Shown: piece after piece, positions 27,242-40,270 of the stretch
How positions within the stretch are numbered: the first letter of the stretch is position 1
Layout: each line of letters begins with the position of its first letter
Origin: Octopus sinensis
Taxonomy: Eukaryota
Direction of reading: 5' to 3'
Assembly: GCF_006345805.1 (NCBI RefSeq)
Contig: NC_042998.1
Location: forward strand, 201,376,001-201,440,000
Length of the DNA: 64,000 nucleotides
Notes under the pieces: generated by a model
Databases searched by the model: none
Told to the model about the DNA's origin: nothing
The model's input: only the letters and a program-made list of their open reading frames with translations
Position numbers and translations under genes: made by a program

Positions 27242-27430
27242 CGGGAAGCTTTATGAAAATAAACAAAAGACGAAGGCAGGTGGAATACAAACAAACAATT
27301 GTATTAGTATGGCGCTCAGGAATATAAATAAAACAAGTCTTTTACGTTTCGAGCCTACGCTCTTCAACAGAAAGATACATAGAAAAGAAACACGGAAAGA
27401 AACAAGGAGAGAAGAAAAAATGCGTGCAGA
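27241..27430 (-). mobile_element. PLE pseudo-LTR 3' fragment (same family as 55077-56127) with variant HHR 27338-27375
   Basis: Reverse complement of ~55940-56127. Confidence 0.85.
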
Positions 27431-27469
27431 AATATATATATATATATAATATATATATATATTATATAT

Positions 27470-27546
<77 letters not shown>

Positions 27547-28207
27547 CATATATATATATATATCCGGAAGGTAATTTTTTTTTTATTTCTCATTTTCGAA
27601 GATCGCATTTATATTTTAGTTGCGTTGCTTGAGAGGTATTTGGCATCTATAATGCTTAATGTTCTTCGGAATTTAAGTTTCTATTCTGCTTGGGTGATTA
27701 GACCAGTAATTAGTTCAGCCACTAGATGTACGTTTGGCAAAGTTTGTGGTGGAAAATGAAAATTATCGTAAAGTGTACCTTATGTATTACAATCACGTTT
27801 CAAATATATCTTTTCTACGTTGGAATAGGCGAATAGACATCCAGAAATGTGTAAATATATATGTGTGTGTCTATCTCTATCTGTCTCTGAGTGTGTCAGT
27901 CTGCCTGTGTGTGCGCGCGTGCGTAAGTAATTACTTGTGTGTAACTGATTAATGTCAGACATTGACAATTTGAAAATAAATGCTTTACGAAAGATTCAAT
28001 GTGTAATTTATATTGTTAGAGACGGATGTGTTTGCTGATTGTTATACACTATGTTTTTATTTAGATTCTTTAGATGAGCGTACATCAATTCTTGTACGGA
28101 ATTTAAGGACTCAAGCGTTCACTCGTACATACGCTCAACGTGCATGAGTATATATAAAATGTATGTGTATGTATATGTGTGTCTATATATATATATATAT
28201 TTATAAT

Positions 28208-28374
28208 CAGGTGCAGGAGTGGCTGCGTGGTAAGTAGCTTGTTTACCAACCACATGGTTCCGGTTTCAGTCCCACTGCATGGCACCTTGGACAAGTGTCT
28301 TCTCCTATAGCCTAGGGCCAACCAAAGCCGAGTTGATTTGGTAGACGGAAACTGAAAGAAGCCCGTCGTATATA

Positions 28375-28439
<65 letters not shown>

Positions 28440-28452
28440 GCGCGCGCGCGTG

Positions 28453-28483
<31 letters not shown>

Positions 28484-28550
28484 TGTGTGTCTTTGTGTGT
28501 CAGTGTATGTACCCCTAGCATTGCTTGCCAACCGATGCTGGTGTGTTTGT
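28208..28550 (+). mobile_element. SINE family A, 3'-truncated
   Basis: Head and internal microsatellite align to 33575-33835. Confidence 0.85.
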
Positions 28551-29219
28551 CCCACATATATATGAGTAAATTTGTGCGTATGCTTCTCAGACTCCCTTCA
28601 AACTTCCACGACTCACTACTGACCATCCCATCTACGCGCATGTGCAAAAATAAACACATACACACACAACCACCCATATATACACCTATTACCAGAGCTG
28701 CTGATCTGTCACTACGAGATTAACAGACATACACAGACCACTCACACAAACACATGTTAACAGTTAATACCTATTTCTTTACTACCCACAACGGGCTAAG
28801 CACAGAGGGGACAAACAAGGACAGACAATCGGATTAAGTCGATTACATGAACCCCCAGTGCGTAACTGGTACTTTATTTATCGACCCCGAAAGGATGAAA
28901 GGCATACGCATACTCACACAGTTACCACTACCACACACATACACACACTGATACATACACGCGCTACCATGCACATACTCCGCCATCACTACACGTACAC
29001 ACACACACACACACACTCAGTTACTGCCAAAGACATACGCTACCATACACAGACATGCCACCACACCCACACACACACCCTCCCACACGCTCACGAACTC
29101 ACACATGCACAGGGATACCAACCCTTCTTCGCACTCTCCTATCCCAGAAAAATATTTTTCTTTATCCATCTATTTCCATTTAATTCTAAAATGTTTGTAC
29201 ATATGAACGGTTGGCGATT

Positions 29220-29390
29220 TCTTTCCCTCGTCCTTCCATTTCTTTTGGGCTTTCCTATGTCTCCTGTTCCGAAGAAGAGCTATGCTCGAAACGTTAAATA
29301 ACCACACTTTCTTTCCGTCTTTGAGCATCTAACTTTGCATGTACTACGTCCTCGCGTTGTTGTTTTTCGCTCGTCTTTTTTATTATAATA
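29220..29390 (+). mobile_element. PLE pseudo-LTR fragment, CCGAAGA-type HHR at ~29266-29300
   Basis: Aligns to the 26990-27188 family. Confidence 0.65.
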
Positions 29391-29946
29391 ATATCCGAAA
29401 GCTGCATGATTGTGAAGCTCAGCATAATAGAGAGTCGTCCTGCGAATAGGGCGAACTTCTTCTTTGAAAATCGACAGCCAGAATGGTATTATTATGTGCA
29501 TACACAACTCCATCGTCAACATTGAATTAATTAATGTTATCATTTACGATTAACAATGTCATGTATTTATAGCTGGGCAGAAAATAATTCCCATCCAACA
29601 GAAAGGGTGCATCTTCACTTGAAGCCATTCTTGATCAAGGTAAATGTTTCGATATTCAAAATACATAAATCAATTAATGGGTAAAAGTTAAAACAATATA
29701 AGGGATCCAGAGTTACTTGGAGGATCATGAAATAAAACTTGTAAAAGCAGTTTGATAAATATGCCTGCAATAGCATTGAGAAAAGAGCAACACTCGAAAA
29801 CTAGCAGACGAGCAACATACACACACGCAAATACACTCACATACACATACACACATAAACATACACACATAAACATATACACACACATATATAAATAGAG
29901 AGAGAGAATAAAAAAAAATTCTAGATAGGTAGATAGATAGATATAC

Positions 29947-29993
<47 letters not shown>

Positions 29994-30226
29994 ATATTTA
30001 AAAAAAGGAGATGTCGAACACGAGTGGTGATATATAAAAAAGGAAATGAAGAAAATGCTGACAAATAATTGAAGTAATTTAAGTAATTTAATTAGGTGAA
30101 AGTTCTTTTTACCGGTTGCGCATTTGTTATGCTTATCAAAATATAAAAGAGAGATTAGAGTCTGTCTCTTATATGTGAAAAAAAGAGGCTCCAGAGTTGT
30201 TTTGGATGAGATAGAGAGAGAGAGAG

Positions 30227-30281
<55 letters not shown>

Positions 30282-31214
30282 GATAGATAGATAGATAGAT
30301 AGATAGTAAAAGAAAGTAGAGATTGAAAAATCCAGGTGTATTAGTCAGTGTGAAAACCTAGCTAACAATGTCAAACTAGACATAAAGGAATCCGCATACG
30401 TATAAGCATGCATTCCAAACAAATTGAAAGACCTAAGGAATTCACTGAATCAAAATTGTTGGAGCATTAATGACCGAATATATAAGCAATGAGACTAAAA
30501 GGGGAAAACGGTATTGTTTTATAACATTATTCAACTTAACGATCGTTTGAATATTTAGAGGGACCGCTACAGTGCCAAACATTGGTCTGTAGACGTAATT
30601 AAGCTATTAATTAACAAACTATTTAACCCTGAAATATTCTCAGGAGATTTCCTATGTGAAGTTTGGTCTACGTAGTTTCGGAATTATGAACATCTACAAT
30701 TCTCTATCTAGGTAAATCAGCAGATGTAATTTGTAAATTACTGGTATATCAAATGGCTTTTAGTATAAACTTACCAGTGGTTCCATACCGAACGGATCAA
30801 GATGTAATCAGGTTTAAAAGTATGTTAGTACAATGAATAACAAGAAAAAGGTAATTTGCTCCAATGTATCGAGTACTTTAATCAATGAGAAGATAGTAAG
30901 CACATAAGTTAATACAGAGAACGGATTTGAAATTAATTAAATGGAGCGTGGCGGAGCGGAACTTGATGTATAATATAATCATAAATGAATGCCCACCTCT
31001 CTTCTCTATTTTAGAAATACCAGGTTTGCTATAGTTAAGGTGAACTAAATCAAATTACTTTAAATTCACTTAAATACATTGGAGTCGTTCAAGAATTCAT
31101 TAAAGATTAGTCAAGACGTGAAAACTCTTTATGTTATATAGGAGGTAGATGGGTTTGGTGAAATCATAAGAAGGGACATACGCATTAATATTAAACCCAG
31201 GTAATAGAATTATT

Positions 31215-31512
31215 ATACTTTTATTCTTTTATTTGTTTCAATCATTTGACTGCAGCCATGCTGGAGCACCGTCATTAGTTAATAAATCGATCACAAGACT
31301 AAGTCTGTAAACTTAATTAATAGGAGCAAACACACGCACATACAATATATACGCGGCTTCTTTCAGTTTTTCTCTACCAAATCCACTCAAAAGGCTTTGG
31401 TCGGCCCGAGGCAATATTAGAGAACACTTGCACAAGGTGCCACGCAGTGGGACTGAACCTGGAACTATGTGGCTGGGAAACAAGCTTCTTACCATACAGT
31501 CACACCTGTGCC
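31215..31512 (-). mobile_element. SINE family A, internally deleted
   Basis: Tail 31215-31300 and head 31355-31512 align to family A. Confidence 0.8.
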
Positions 31513-31542
31513 TTTCATTATGTGAAAACTATTATAATATTA

Positions 31543-32715
31543 ACTAGCATTAAAGACCCGGCGTTGCCGGGTCATAGTGCTAGAGCATGTATATATGTGT
31601 ATATGTGTAAATATCACATGTACATCTATATATATATATACATCTACACATAAAATACAAAATACAAAGTTATATCTTGATATCGCTAGTGATAACAATA
31701 CTCATAAAATATATATAACAGACTGGAATTGTTAGCCCGTCTCTTGTAATTTCGATCAATTGTATCTTGTCCTCCCTCTTGTATAAAAGCGTGGTTACAA
31801 TCCAGCCTACCTCTACTTTGGGGAGTGGGCATTTAAATTTTTTTTTCCGGGACGTCCTACGTCCCAGATATAAAGGTGAATATTAAATATTATCACTTTG
31901 CAAGTTCGAGTCGAGTACTCCCTTGCATGCTCCGTTGACTCGAACCTTGCTTCTATTGTGGCGAATTTACCGCCTCTGATTAGATACCTTTCATAGTCGC
32001 ACCAGGACACTTTTCGACGGTGCTTTCCCCCATGTGTTCAGATCTTTTTTCTCTACATTGTATAATTTATAGACAATAGTATTTTCTTTAACTTTTTATT
32101 ATCCATCTGGACTATTCCATTTCTGCACTTAAATTTTATTTTTAATTTATTCCCATTCATGTGAAACCACTTATTCAAGTTCAAATCATTGATGCAATTT
32201 TATACCAATTGCTATTTTTACTTTTGTTATGTTACGATTTTATTATACTTTAGTTTGATAGTAATTATTACTTACGCCATATAATTCAATTGTTATTATT
32301 AGTTTTATTGTTAAAGTGAAAATATCTGACATAAAATAGAGAAACGTTTTTGTTTCACTTTTAACACGTAATACTGAAATAGTGGAGAAGATATGATATT
32401 GCTATGGGCTCGCTCTAGGCACGAAGTTGAACATTAGTTTGCCCATGGAACAACATGTACCCTAAGTAAGGCATGTGTAAAATTTGAATGAAAATGTTTG
32501 TGTAGTTCTCAAGTTTTAGGGAATCGTAGTGGAGAAGATATGATATTGCTGTGGGCTCGCTCTAGGCAAAAGGTTCAAAATTATTTTCGCCGATGACACT
32601 CCCCGGACCCTAAGTAAGGCATGTGTATAATTTGATTGAAATTGGTTGTGTAGTTCTCAAGTGTCAGGGAAACACACAGACAGACAGACGCACATACTCA
32701 GTTTTATATATATAT
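31543..32715 (-). mobile_element. non-autonomous Helitron
   Basis: 3' end: GC hairpin gacccggc-aac-gccgggtc followed by CTAGT; 5' end TATATATAAAA..GTCTGTCTGTC; internal ~148-bp tandem duplication 32380-32660. Confidence 0.75.
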
Positions 32716-33574
32716 ATATATATATATACTTATGTATTTATGTATATTTTATGCATATATGTAAAAACACGCGCACATACACACTCACACATACATCTAA
32801 TATACATATGCTTATATTGAAACATACTGTCGGTACAGGGCTATCTCTGTGTGTCTGTGTTCGTGTCTGTATTCTTTATACATAAGAGAAGCAGTTGAAT
32901 TGAGCTTCTGCTTAATGTAAATACGTCCTTGAAAAGCAATTTACGGCGTTATTCGTTCACAGATGGCACCTCTCATAGACGTGGTCAGTTTAAAAGCAAT
33001 ATGTATCAAAGTAATATGTTAGTATTTCCCCAGCAGACTCTAGCCTGAAATCAAGATGCATCTGGGCGTAAATTAGCCTAATCAATAGTGTTTGCTCACA
33101 GATAAGCATTATCATACGTGTCAGTTATCGTCTCAGATATATAAGAACATTTGAATATATTATTCTCTAGTGCCGCTAATAATGGATCGATTACCGGAAC
33201 AATTATCATATATATACAGAGAGTATATCTCGGATCACTGGTGACTAGATGTTGGTTCAACAATCTAACAACTTGAATCTGTTGTATCAGGGCCTCACTA
33301 TCGGATGCATGCTAATACCATCGCATATTATTAAGCAAAGTGATGCATTTGATTATAACATGCCAGCCTCTTAAAAAAACACAAATCATTCGTTTTCGCT
33401 AACTATGCCTAAATGTACCTTTAAGTATAAGACCTACACTACCAAACTTCAGGACGTTGATAAAAAAAAAATGAATGATCTCGACGCATGGAAGTCTGCA
33501 ATTTGTAAAATGTACTCAGTTACCCATTGATATTTAGTGTTCTAGCCTTTTATTTCCAAATTTTATGACCTAAC

Positions 33575-34000
33575 AGGCGCAGGAGTGGCTGTGTGGTAAG
33601 TAGTTTGCTAACCAACCACATGGCTCCGGGTTCAGTCCCACTGCGTGGCATCTTGGGCAAGTGTCTTCTGCTATAGCCCCGGGCCGACCAATGCCTTGTG
33701 AGTGGATTTGGTAGACGGAAACTGAAAGAAGCCTGTCGTATATATGTATATATATATATATGTGTGTGTGTATGTGTGTTTGTTTGTGTGTTTGTCCCCC
33801 TAGCATTGCTTGACAACCGATGCTGGTGTGTTTACGTCCCCGTCACATTAGCGGTTCGGCAAAAGAGACCGATAGAATAAGTACTGGGCTTACAAAGAAT
33901 AAGTCCCGGGGTCGATTTGCTCGACTAAAGGCGGTGCTTCAGCATGGCCGCAGTCAAATGACTGAAACAAGTAAAAGATAAAAGATAAAGATAAAGATAA
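33575..34000 (+). mobile_element. tRNA-derived SINE family A, full length, internal (TA)n(TG)n
   Basis: A box TGGCTGTGTGG, B box GGTTCAGTCCC, (AAAGAT)n tail; near-identical copy at 18588-19037. Confidence 0.92.
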
Positions 34001-35085
34001 CAATTTCTTCCATATTACCAGAGTTGTTATTATTTGATTCTGCTATTTTACAACTTGAAATGTTATCACTTTCACCCCTGATCGCCTCTACCTCCGATAT
34101 TATTTTATTATATTTTTGTTTGAACGATTCGTTGAAATTACTTTTATAATTCCGCTGGCAGACTCAATCTTATTGAAGTGCTTACTCTTTAGCCTTATGA
34201 ACCGACTATATGCTTACAGACGTGCTTGTATATGAAATCTTATCCATGTATATATGCGTGTGTGTGTGTGCATGTGTGTCTATACGTGTTTTATATGTGC
34301 ATAAGTGTATGTATACGTATATATGTGTATGTATATATATGTGTGTGCGCGTGTACGTATGCGTATGAAATTTTTAAATCTCTGATCTGGAAGTAAGTAG
34401 TAACTGTACTACAGAGTAAAATCTATAAGGGGTTCTTTATATAATATACAGTCGGGTGTGATTGAATAAGTGACAAGCTTCGCCACAAGAAAATCGATGG
34501 GTAGCAAAGGAAAATAGTGAAACAAAAATCACAGTTGTGCGTCGGTAGCCAGCTGGAAAGATGTTTTCCTAGGGTTAACAAAGGGAGTCACATCGTCCAA
34601 ATAAGGACTGCCAACTTACGCTGGAAAGTAGAGTTTACTCTGTATTATTGTTCCTAGGTACTTCTCGCTCTAATTCTTTTTTCCGCTTTACGACATCAGT
34701 GATGTGTGTCATTTTAAAAGTATATACCTCGAACAAGACCTAGAGATGTCATCTCTAAGGAAACAGTAATCCTGTGCTGCGATATAACCCAGAAATCATG
34801 GACAAAGGTACCGTATATATATACCCATCTCTTACCTCTTGAATCTTATGGCTTATATACTATTTATGAAATGATTTCATGGTTCGGATCTTCTTGATGT
34901 CAGCTGCATTGACTTTCTACATTACATTTCTCTGTATTGGATTACTATGTGGGTGGTTACCTGAGTCCGTAAGAGGAGGTTTATGAGATAGCTACTTGAT
35001 TCGTTGAATCCTCATCGTATACTACCATTTTATATACATGTGCATGCAGTATGTGCATGCATATATAAACATACAAACACAGTAA

Positions 35086-35136
<51 letters not shown>

Positions 35137-35188
35137 GTTATGGATACATACAGACATACACACGCATACATACATACATACACAGACA

Positions 35189-35221
<33 letters not shown>

Positions 35222-36370
35222 GTGTGAGCTTGTGTGTAAGCGTGAGAGCATGCGTAATTGTATGTTAGTATCTTGTTTATGTTAGTATTTTTTAAATAAA
35301 TAATTACATTAAATTACTCCTACGTTGCCATGTAACGAACGGATTAATTCAATGTAAAAATAAGACATATAAGATTAATATGACCTAAGTTAAATTACTT
35401 ATTATCCTAATGGGTTATTCTATTCTCGTAATATAATCGAAATCGTTATCAGGCAGTAATTTGTCGTAATAATGTTCAATAAGCTACGAAACGTTAATAC
35501 TAGAGTTAGGATAATAAATTTACAGCTATATAATAGAGCTTCATCTGTCGAATCTTCAGAATCGAAGAGAGTAAGGTTTTTTTTTTGTTTTTGTTTATTT
35601 TTATCTTGATTTAGTCGTTTTAGTCATATGACTGCGGCCAAGCTGCCGCACTCATTGAAAGATTAACCATACAAATCGATCTCGGGGTATGTTTTTTTCT
35701 CTTTTTCCTTTTCGTTTTTTTTTTTTAATCTTGTGCTTATTATGTTTCCTGATCTGCTAATGGACATTAACAAACACTGATTAGTTTTCAAAGATCTGAA
35801 AGCTTAAACACGAGCACACAAACAAAACACATACATACAAGAGAATTAGATATATTAGATATATTCATACACACACAGACATACATACACACACACGCAC
35901 ACATACATACACACACACACGCACACACACACACACATTTAAATATATATATATATATATATATATGTTTATATATATATTTATATATATATATAGAGAG
36001 AGACACAACTATATATATATATATATATATACACCAAAGAAAATAAGAAGTCAAAGAAAATTCTTTAACGCGTCTTTAATATAAGTTTCCGAACCACCAC
36101 TATTTGCAACGCCAGTTTAGGCAAAAAATTTTTATGAAATAATCCCGTAATATTTACGGTCTTAGATATTAGAGAGGCACTTGATGAGACTGGTATGGGA
36201 GCTGTCTCTCCATATTGTGCGCCTTTCAGATCTTGTTATTAAGAATATATCGGGAAGAAATAAAAGACTATAGGCGTATATATTAAAGAAATACATGTTT
36301 CTGCCCACATTTACTGCCCACAAGGAGCTAAACATAGAGGGGACAAACAAGGACAAGCAAAGATATATAT

Positions 36371-36414
<44 letters not shown>

Positions 36415-36480
36415 TATATATATATATATATATTTATTTATATATATATATATATAATATATATATATTATATATATATA

Positions 36481-36725
36481 TTTCTTTACTTAAAATTCTT
36501 TACTAACCACAAGGGGCTAAACACAGAGAAGGACAAACAAGGACAGACAAACGGATTAAGTCGATTATATCGACCCCAGTGCGTAACTGGTACTTAATTT
36601 ATCGACCCCGAAAGGATGAAAGGTAAAGTCGACCTCGGCGGAATTTGAACTCAGAACGTAACGGCAGGCGAAATACCGCTAAGCATTTCGCCCGGTGTGC
36701 TATCGTTTCTGCTAGTTCACCGTCT
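36481..36725 (-). mobile_element. SINE family B monomer
   Basis: Reverse complement of 9603-9831. Confidence 0.88.
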
Positions 36726-36776
<51 letters not shown>

Positions 36777-36780
<4 letters not shown>

Positions 36781-37060
36781 GAAAGAAGGTTTGAAAATGC
36801 AATTTTAAAAAAATTGTGAAAAGTTTGGTTTTGTTAATTATTGGTTGTCACAAATTGCTACAATATATATATACAGTCTTTGGTAACAAAGACATGTTAA
36901 GGACGTAAAAATGTTTAGCAAGTTCATGAAGTGTATATATATATTGTAGCAATCTGTGACAACCAATAAATAACACAACCAAACTTTTACATGTTACGTT
37001 TGACAATCTTTTTCTAGAGTGAAGCCAGTAAAGTAAATAAGCATCTTTTAAAATTGCATT
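36777..37060. repeat. nested inverted repeat (fold-back)
   Basis: ~34-bp outer IR (36777-36810 / 37046 region to 37060) and ~65-bp inner IR (36815-36880 / 36928-36991). Confidence 0.8.
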
Positions 37061-37141
37061 TTCAAACCTTCTTTCGTATATAATTCCACTCGTGCGGTAC
37101 CTTACAACTCCACTTTGTTATACACACACACACAAAAACAC

Positions 37142-37203
<62 letters not shown>

Positions 37204-37383
37204 CGTTACGTTCTGAGTTCAAATTCCGCCGAGGTCGACTTTGTCTTTCATCTTTTCGGGGTCGATAAGTAAAGTACTAGTTTCGGATTGGGGTCGATGT
37301 AATCGACTTAATCCCTTTGTCTGTCCTTGTTAGTCCCCTCTATGTTAGCCCCTTGTAGGCAGTAAAAAAATATATATATATAC

Positions 37384-37443
<60 letters not shown>

Positions 37444-37446
<3 letters not shown>

Positions 37447-37565
37447 GTTCACTGCATGGAATCGAACAGGGAATCTCGAGATTAGTAGCCAGCGCTCTTA
37501 ACCACTACGCCATATGCCTGTGGGGAAGGGGTTAAGAGCCTGGGCTGCTAACCCTTGCCTTTACT
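37444..37565 (-). mobile_element. short palindromic tRNA-derived repeat
   Basis: A box TGGCGTAGTGG, B-box-like GTTCGATTCC; preceded by an inverted diverged half; homolog at 39111-39234. Confidence 0.75.
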
Positions 37566-37749
37566 TTTCATCCAATTGAGGTGGATAAAATGTGCCTCAT
37601 TGAGTGTATTTTTACCTTGTTAAAAATTAACACGGAAAAAATTAATAAATAGTTACCAGGGCAGCAAAAAATCTCACAAATAAACAGGTTGCAACTCCTT
37701 GTTTTTAAAGGTAGAAACTTCGTATTTACGTGGAATTTTTTTTTATAAT

Positions 37750-38101
37750 ATATGAATAAATAAATGGAGTTAAACACAGGTATAAATCAAATAATTTTAC
37801 TTTCGACACATGTTTCGAAAATTCCACTGATATTATTCAAAAGAATAAATGGTACAAACAATGCAATCTTCTCTTCAGGAAAGTGAAAAAAACGAAATTC
37901 GTCAATAAGACATTTTAGCAAAAAATGATGGATTTGTATAGTGATTAACTGAACGCTATTAATATTGTTTGAAAAAAGGTTATATGATATAACGTCAGAA
38001 ATAGCTTACAGAAAGAGTAGGGATATTAATAGCGAATGTTAAATATAAATGAAATTAATGTTTAGTGCATATAAGTAATCTCTATCATATATAATTTAAA
38101 C
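37750..38101 (-). mobile_element. solo pseudo-LTR fragment of the 22986-25590 PLE family, with inverted 5' piece (38061-38101)
   Basis: Reverse complement of 25283-25590; 38061-38101 matches 25241-25284 in + orientation. Confidence 0.85.
37800..37883 (-). ncRNA. type-I hammerhead ribozyme, canonical core, extended helix II
   Basis: Minus strand: ctttc-CTGAAGA-gaagattgcattg...cagtggaattttc-GAAAC-ATGT-GTC-gaaag; inner hairpin ttattc/gaataa. Confidence 0.85.
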
Positions 38102-38150
<49 letters not shown>

Positions 38151-38183
38151 CCTGAATATGCACACACAAATACACACACACAC

Positions 38184-38236
<53 letters not shown>

Positions 38237-39110
38237 TTTCATACTCTCTCTCTACAAATTAGAAAATACTTGCTTAGAGTGCCGTGCATCGGTAAAAAAT
38301 ACAGGTGTTTGCAAATGAGTGCTCTCAACCGGAAAAGTTCTGTGCCTAGACTGTATGGAATTATATATTTATAACTATTGTTTGTAGAAGAAGAATGGAT
38401 GAAACGGAAGAGGAAGATTAAAAGAAATGTAGATGGTAGCGATAGGTAATTGTGCATTGGTAGCATAGTACATTGGTGTATGAAGACATATTGAAGCTTA
38501 AAGTACGTGTATTGTTCCGAAACTCTTGCAGAAGGGAAGAATAATGTATGGATGAAAGATGATAATTGAAGGATTCAATTTACACATATACTTATATGTA
38601 TTCTCAGCATAGAAATATCTTTCTCCTAAAGTGTGTAATACGTTAACTATTTGCATGTTCTTTCAGATTCAGTTTTCATACACTTTCGTATCTGCTGCCT
38701 ATATTGATCTAATTTCGAAGAAATTCATTTCCTAAATTTAATCTAATGTTTTGAATGAAAATGGAGGAGCCATAAATTTATAAAATCCAAAACTAAAAGC
38801 GACAGTTGAACAGTAAATACATTTTTCTATGCCAATTGCACATCTCTTGCGTGTGTATGTTTTTATGCGTGAGTTTTAAATGTGCGTGTGCGGTTGAATC
38901 AATTTATTTGGGGGCGTAATATTTGATTATATGTTAAATCACACTTGGCTTTCAAATCTTCAATCAAAGTATCACTCTCTATAATAAATGAAAGAAAATA
39001 TTAATTTCAAATTTTTGCACAAGGCCAACAATATTGGGAATGGGGTAAACCGATTATATCCAGCCTAGTGCTCGAATGATGCACATTTTATCCACCTCAA
39101 TTGGATGAAA

Positions 39111-39234
39111 GGCAAAGGCAAAGGTTAGCAGACCGGGCTCTTAACCCCTACCCCACAGGCATATGGTGTAGTGGTTAAGAGCGCTGGCTACTAATCTCGA
39201 GATTCCGAGTTCGATTCGAAGCAGTGACCTGAAT
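39111..39234 (+). mobile_element. short palindromic tRNA-derived repeat followed by ~400-bp (AAT/AGT)n
   Basis: Reverse complement of 37444-37565. Confidence 0.75.
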
Positions 39235-39258
39235 ATTAATATTAATATTATTATTATT

Positions 39259-39298
<40 letters not shown>

Positions 39299-39405
39299 GT
39301 AGTAGTGGTAGTAGTAGTAGTAGTAGTAGTAGTAGCAGTAGTAGTAGTAGTAGTAGTAATAATAATAATAATAATAATAATAATATAATAATAATAATAA
39401 TAATG

Positions 39406-39438
<33 letters not shown>

Positions 39439-39647
39439 GTAGTAGTAGTAGTAGTAGTAGTAGTAATAATAATATAATAATAATAATGATAATAATAAAA
39501 TAATAATAATATAATAATAATAATAATAATAATATAATAATAATAATGATAATAATAATAATAATATAATAATAATAATAATAATATAATAATAATAATA
39601 ATAATGATAATAATATAATAATAATAATAATCATAATAATAATAATA
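39235..39647. repeat. (AAT)n/(AGT)n microsatellite
   Basis: Visible directly. Confidence 0.95.
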
Positions 39648-39799
39648 AAGAGAGAAGCAGAAAGAGGAGAAAGAACCGCATGAAAACACAGTGTATGCGA
39701 TCAGAAGATGTAGCATAAGGTACACAATTCATATGCGCCAGGATATGGATGCTGAAATGTCGATGGTAATAAGGGTAGGGTGAGGGTGGAAGGCACTTA

Positions 39800-40270
39800 A
39801 CTCCAAAAATGTGTTCCCGAAGCAAAGCCATTAAAGCAATACGTGTCAGACTCTTCAATATCACCGTCCTACATGGACGTGAAAGATGGGTTACTACGAA
39901 GACAATAAAATGTTGATTGGCTGCAACGCCATGGGTTGTGGACAGATCCATGTCAAGAGTATCATTCAGGGATCACATAGGAAATGAAACAATTGGAGAA
40001 GGGAAAAGGGTGAATGATGTGATCTCAGATAACTATAGACAAAAGCCCCACCGGGATGGATATGTTACAAGACATGGAACCGTGCAGTTTCTATTGGTAT
40101 GAAAAAGATCGTAAACGGCCACTTAGAAGGCCTACACGACAATGGCAAGAACATTTGGTGTAGTAATTCGGGTCAACATGAGAAAAGATGACGTACTCAA
40201 GAAAAAACTAAAAAGCACATTCTGACCATGTGTGTAACGACATCTCATGGCTTAGCCGATACTGAAATAC
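39800..40270 (+). mobile_element. highly decayed RTE-type LINE 3' fragment
   Basis: LFNITVL..SMSRVSFRDHIGNETI..VNDVI..GYVTR..KRPLRRPTRQW resembles an RTE C-terminus. Confidence 0.6.

Noticed and set aside
30330-31200. Possible decayed PLE N-terminal coding region on the + strand
   Set aside because: No unambiguous motif recovered.
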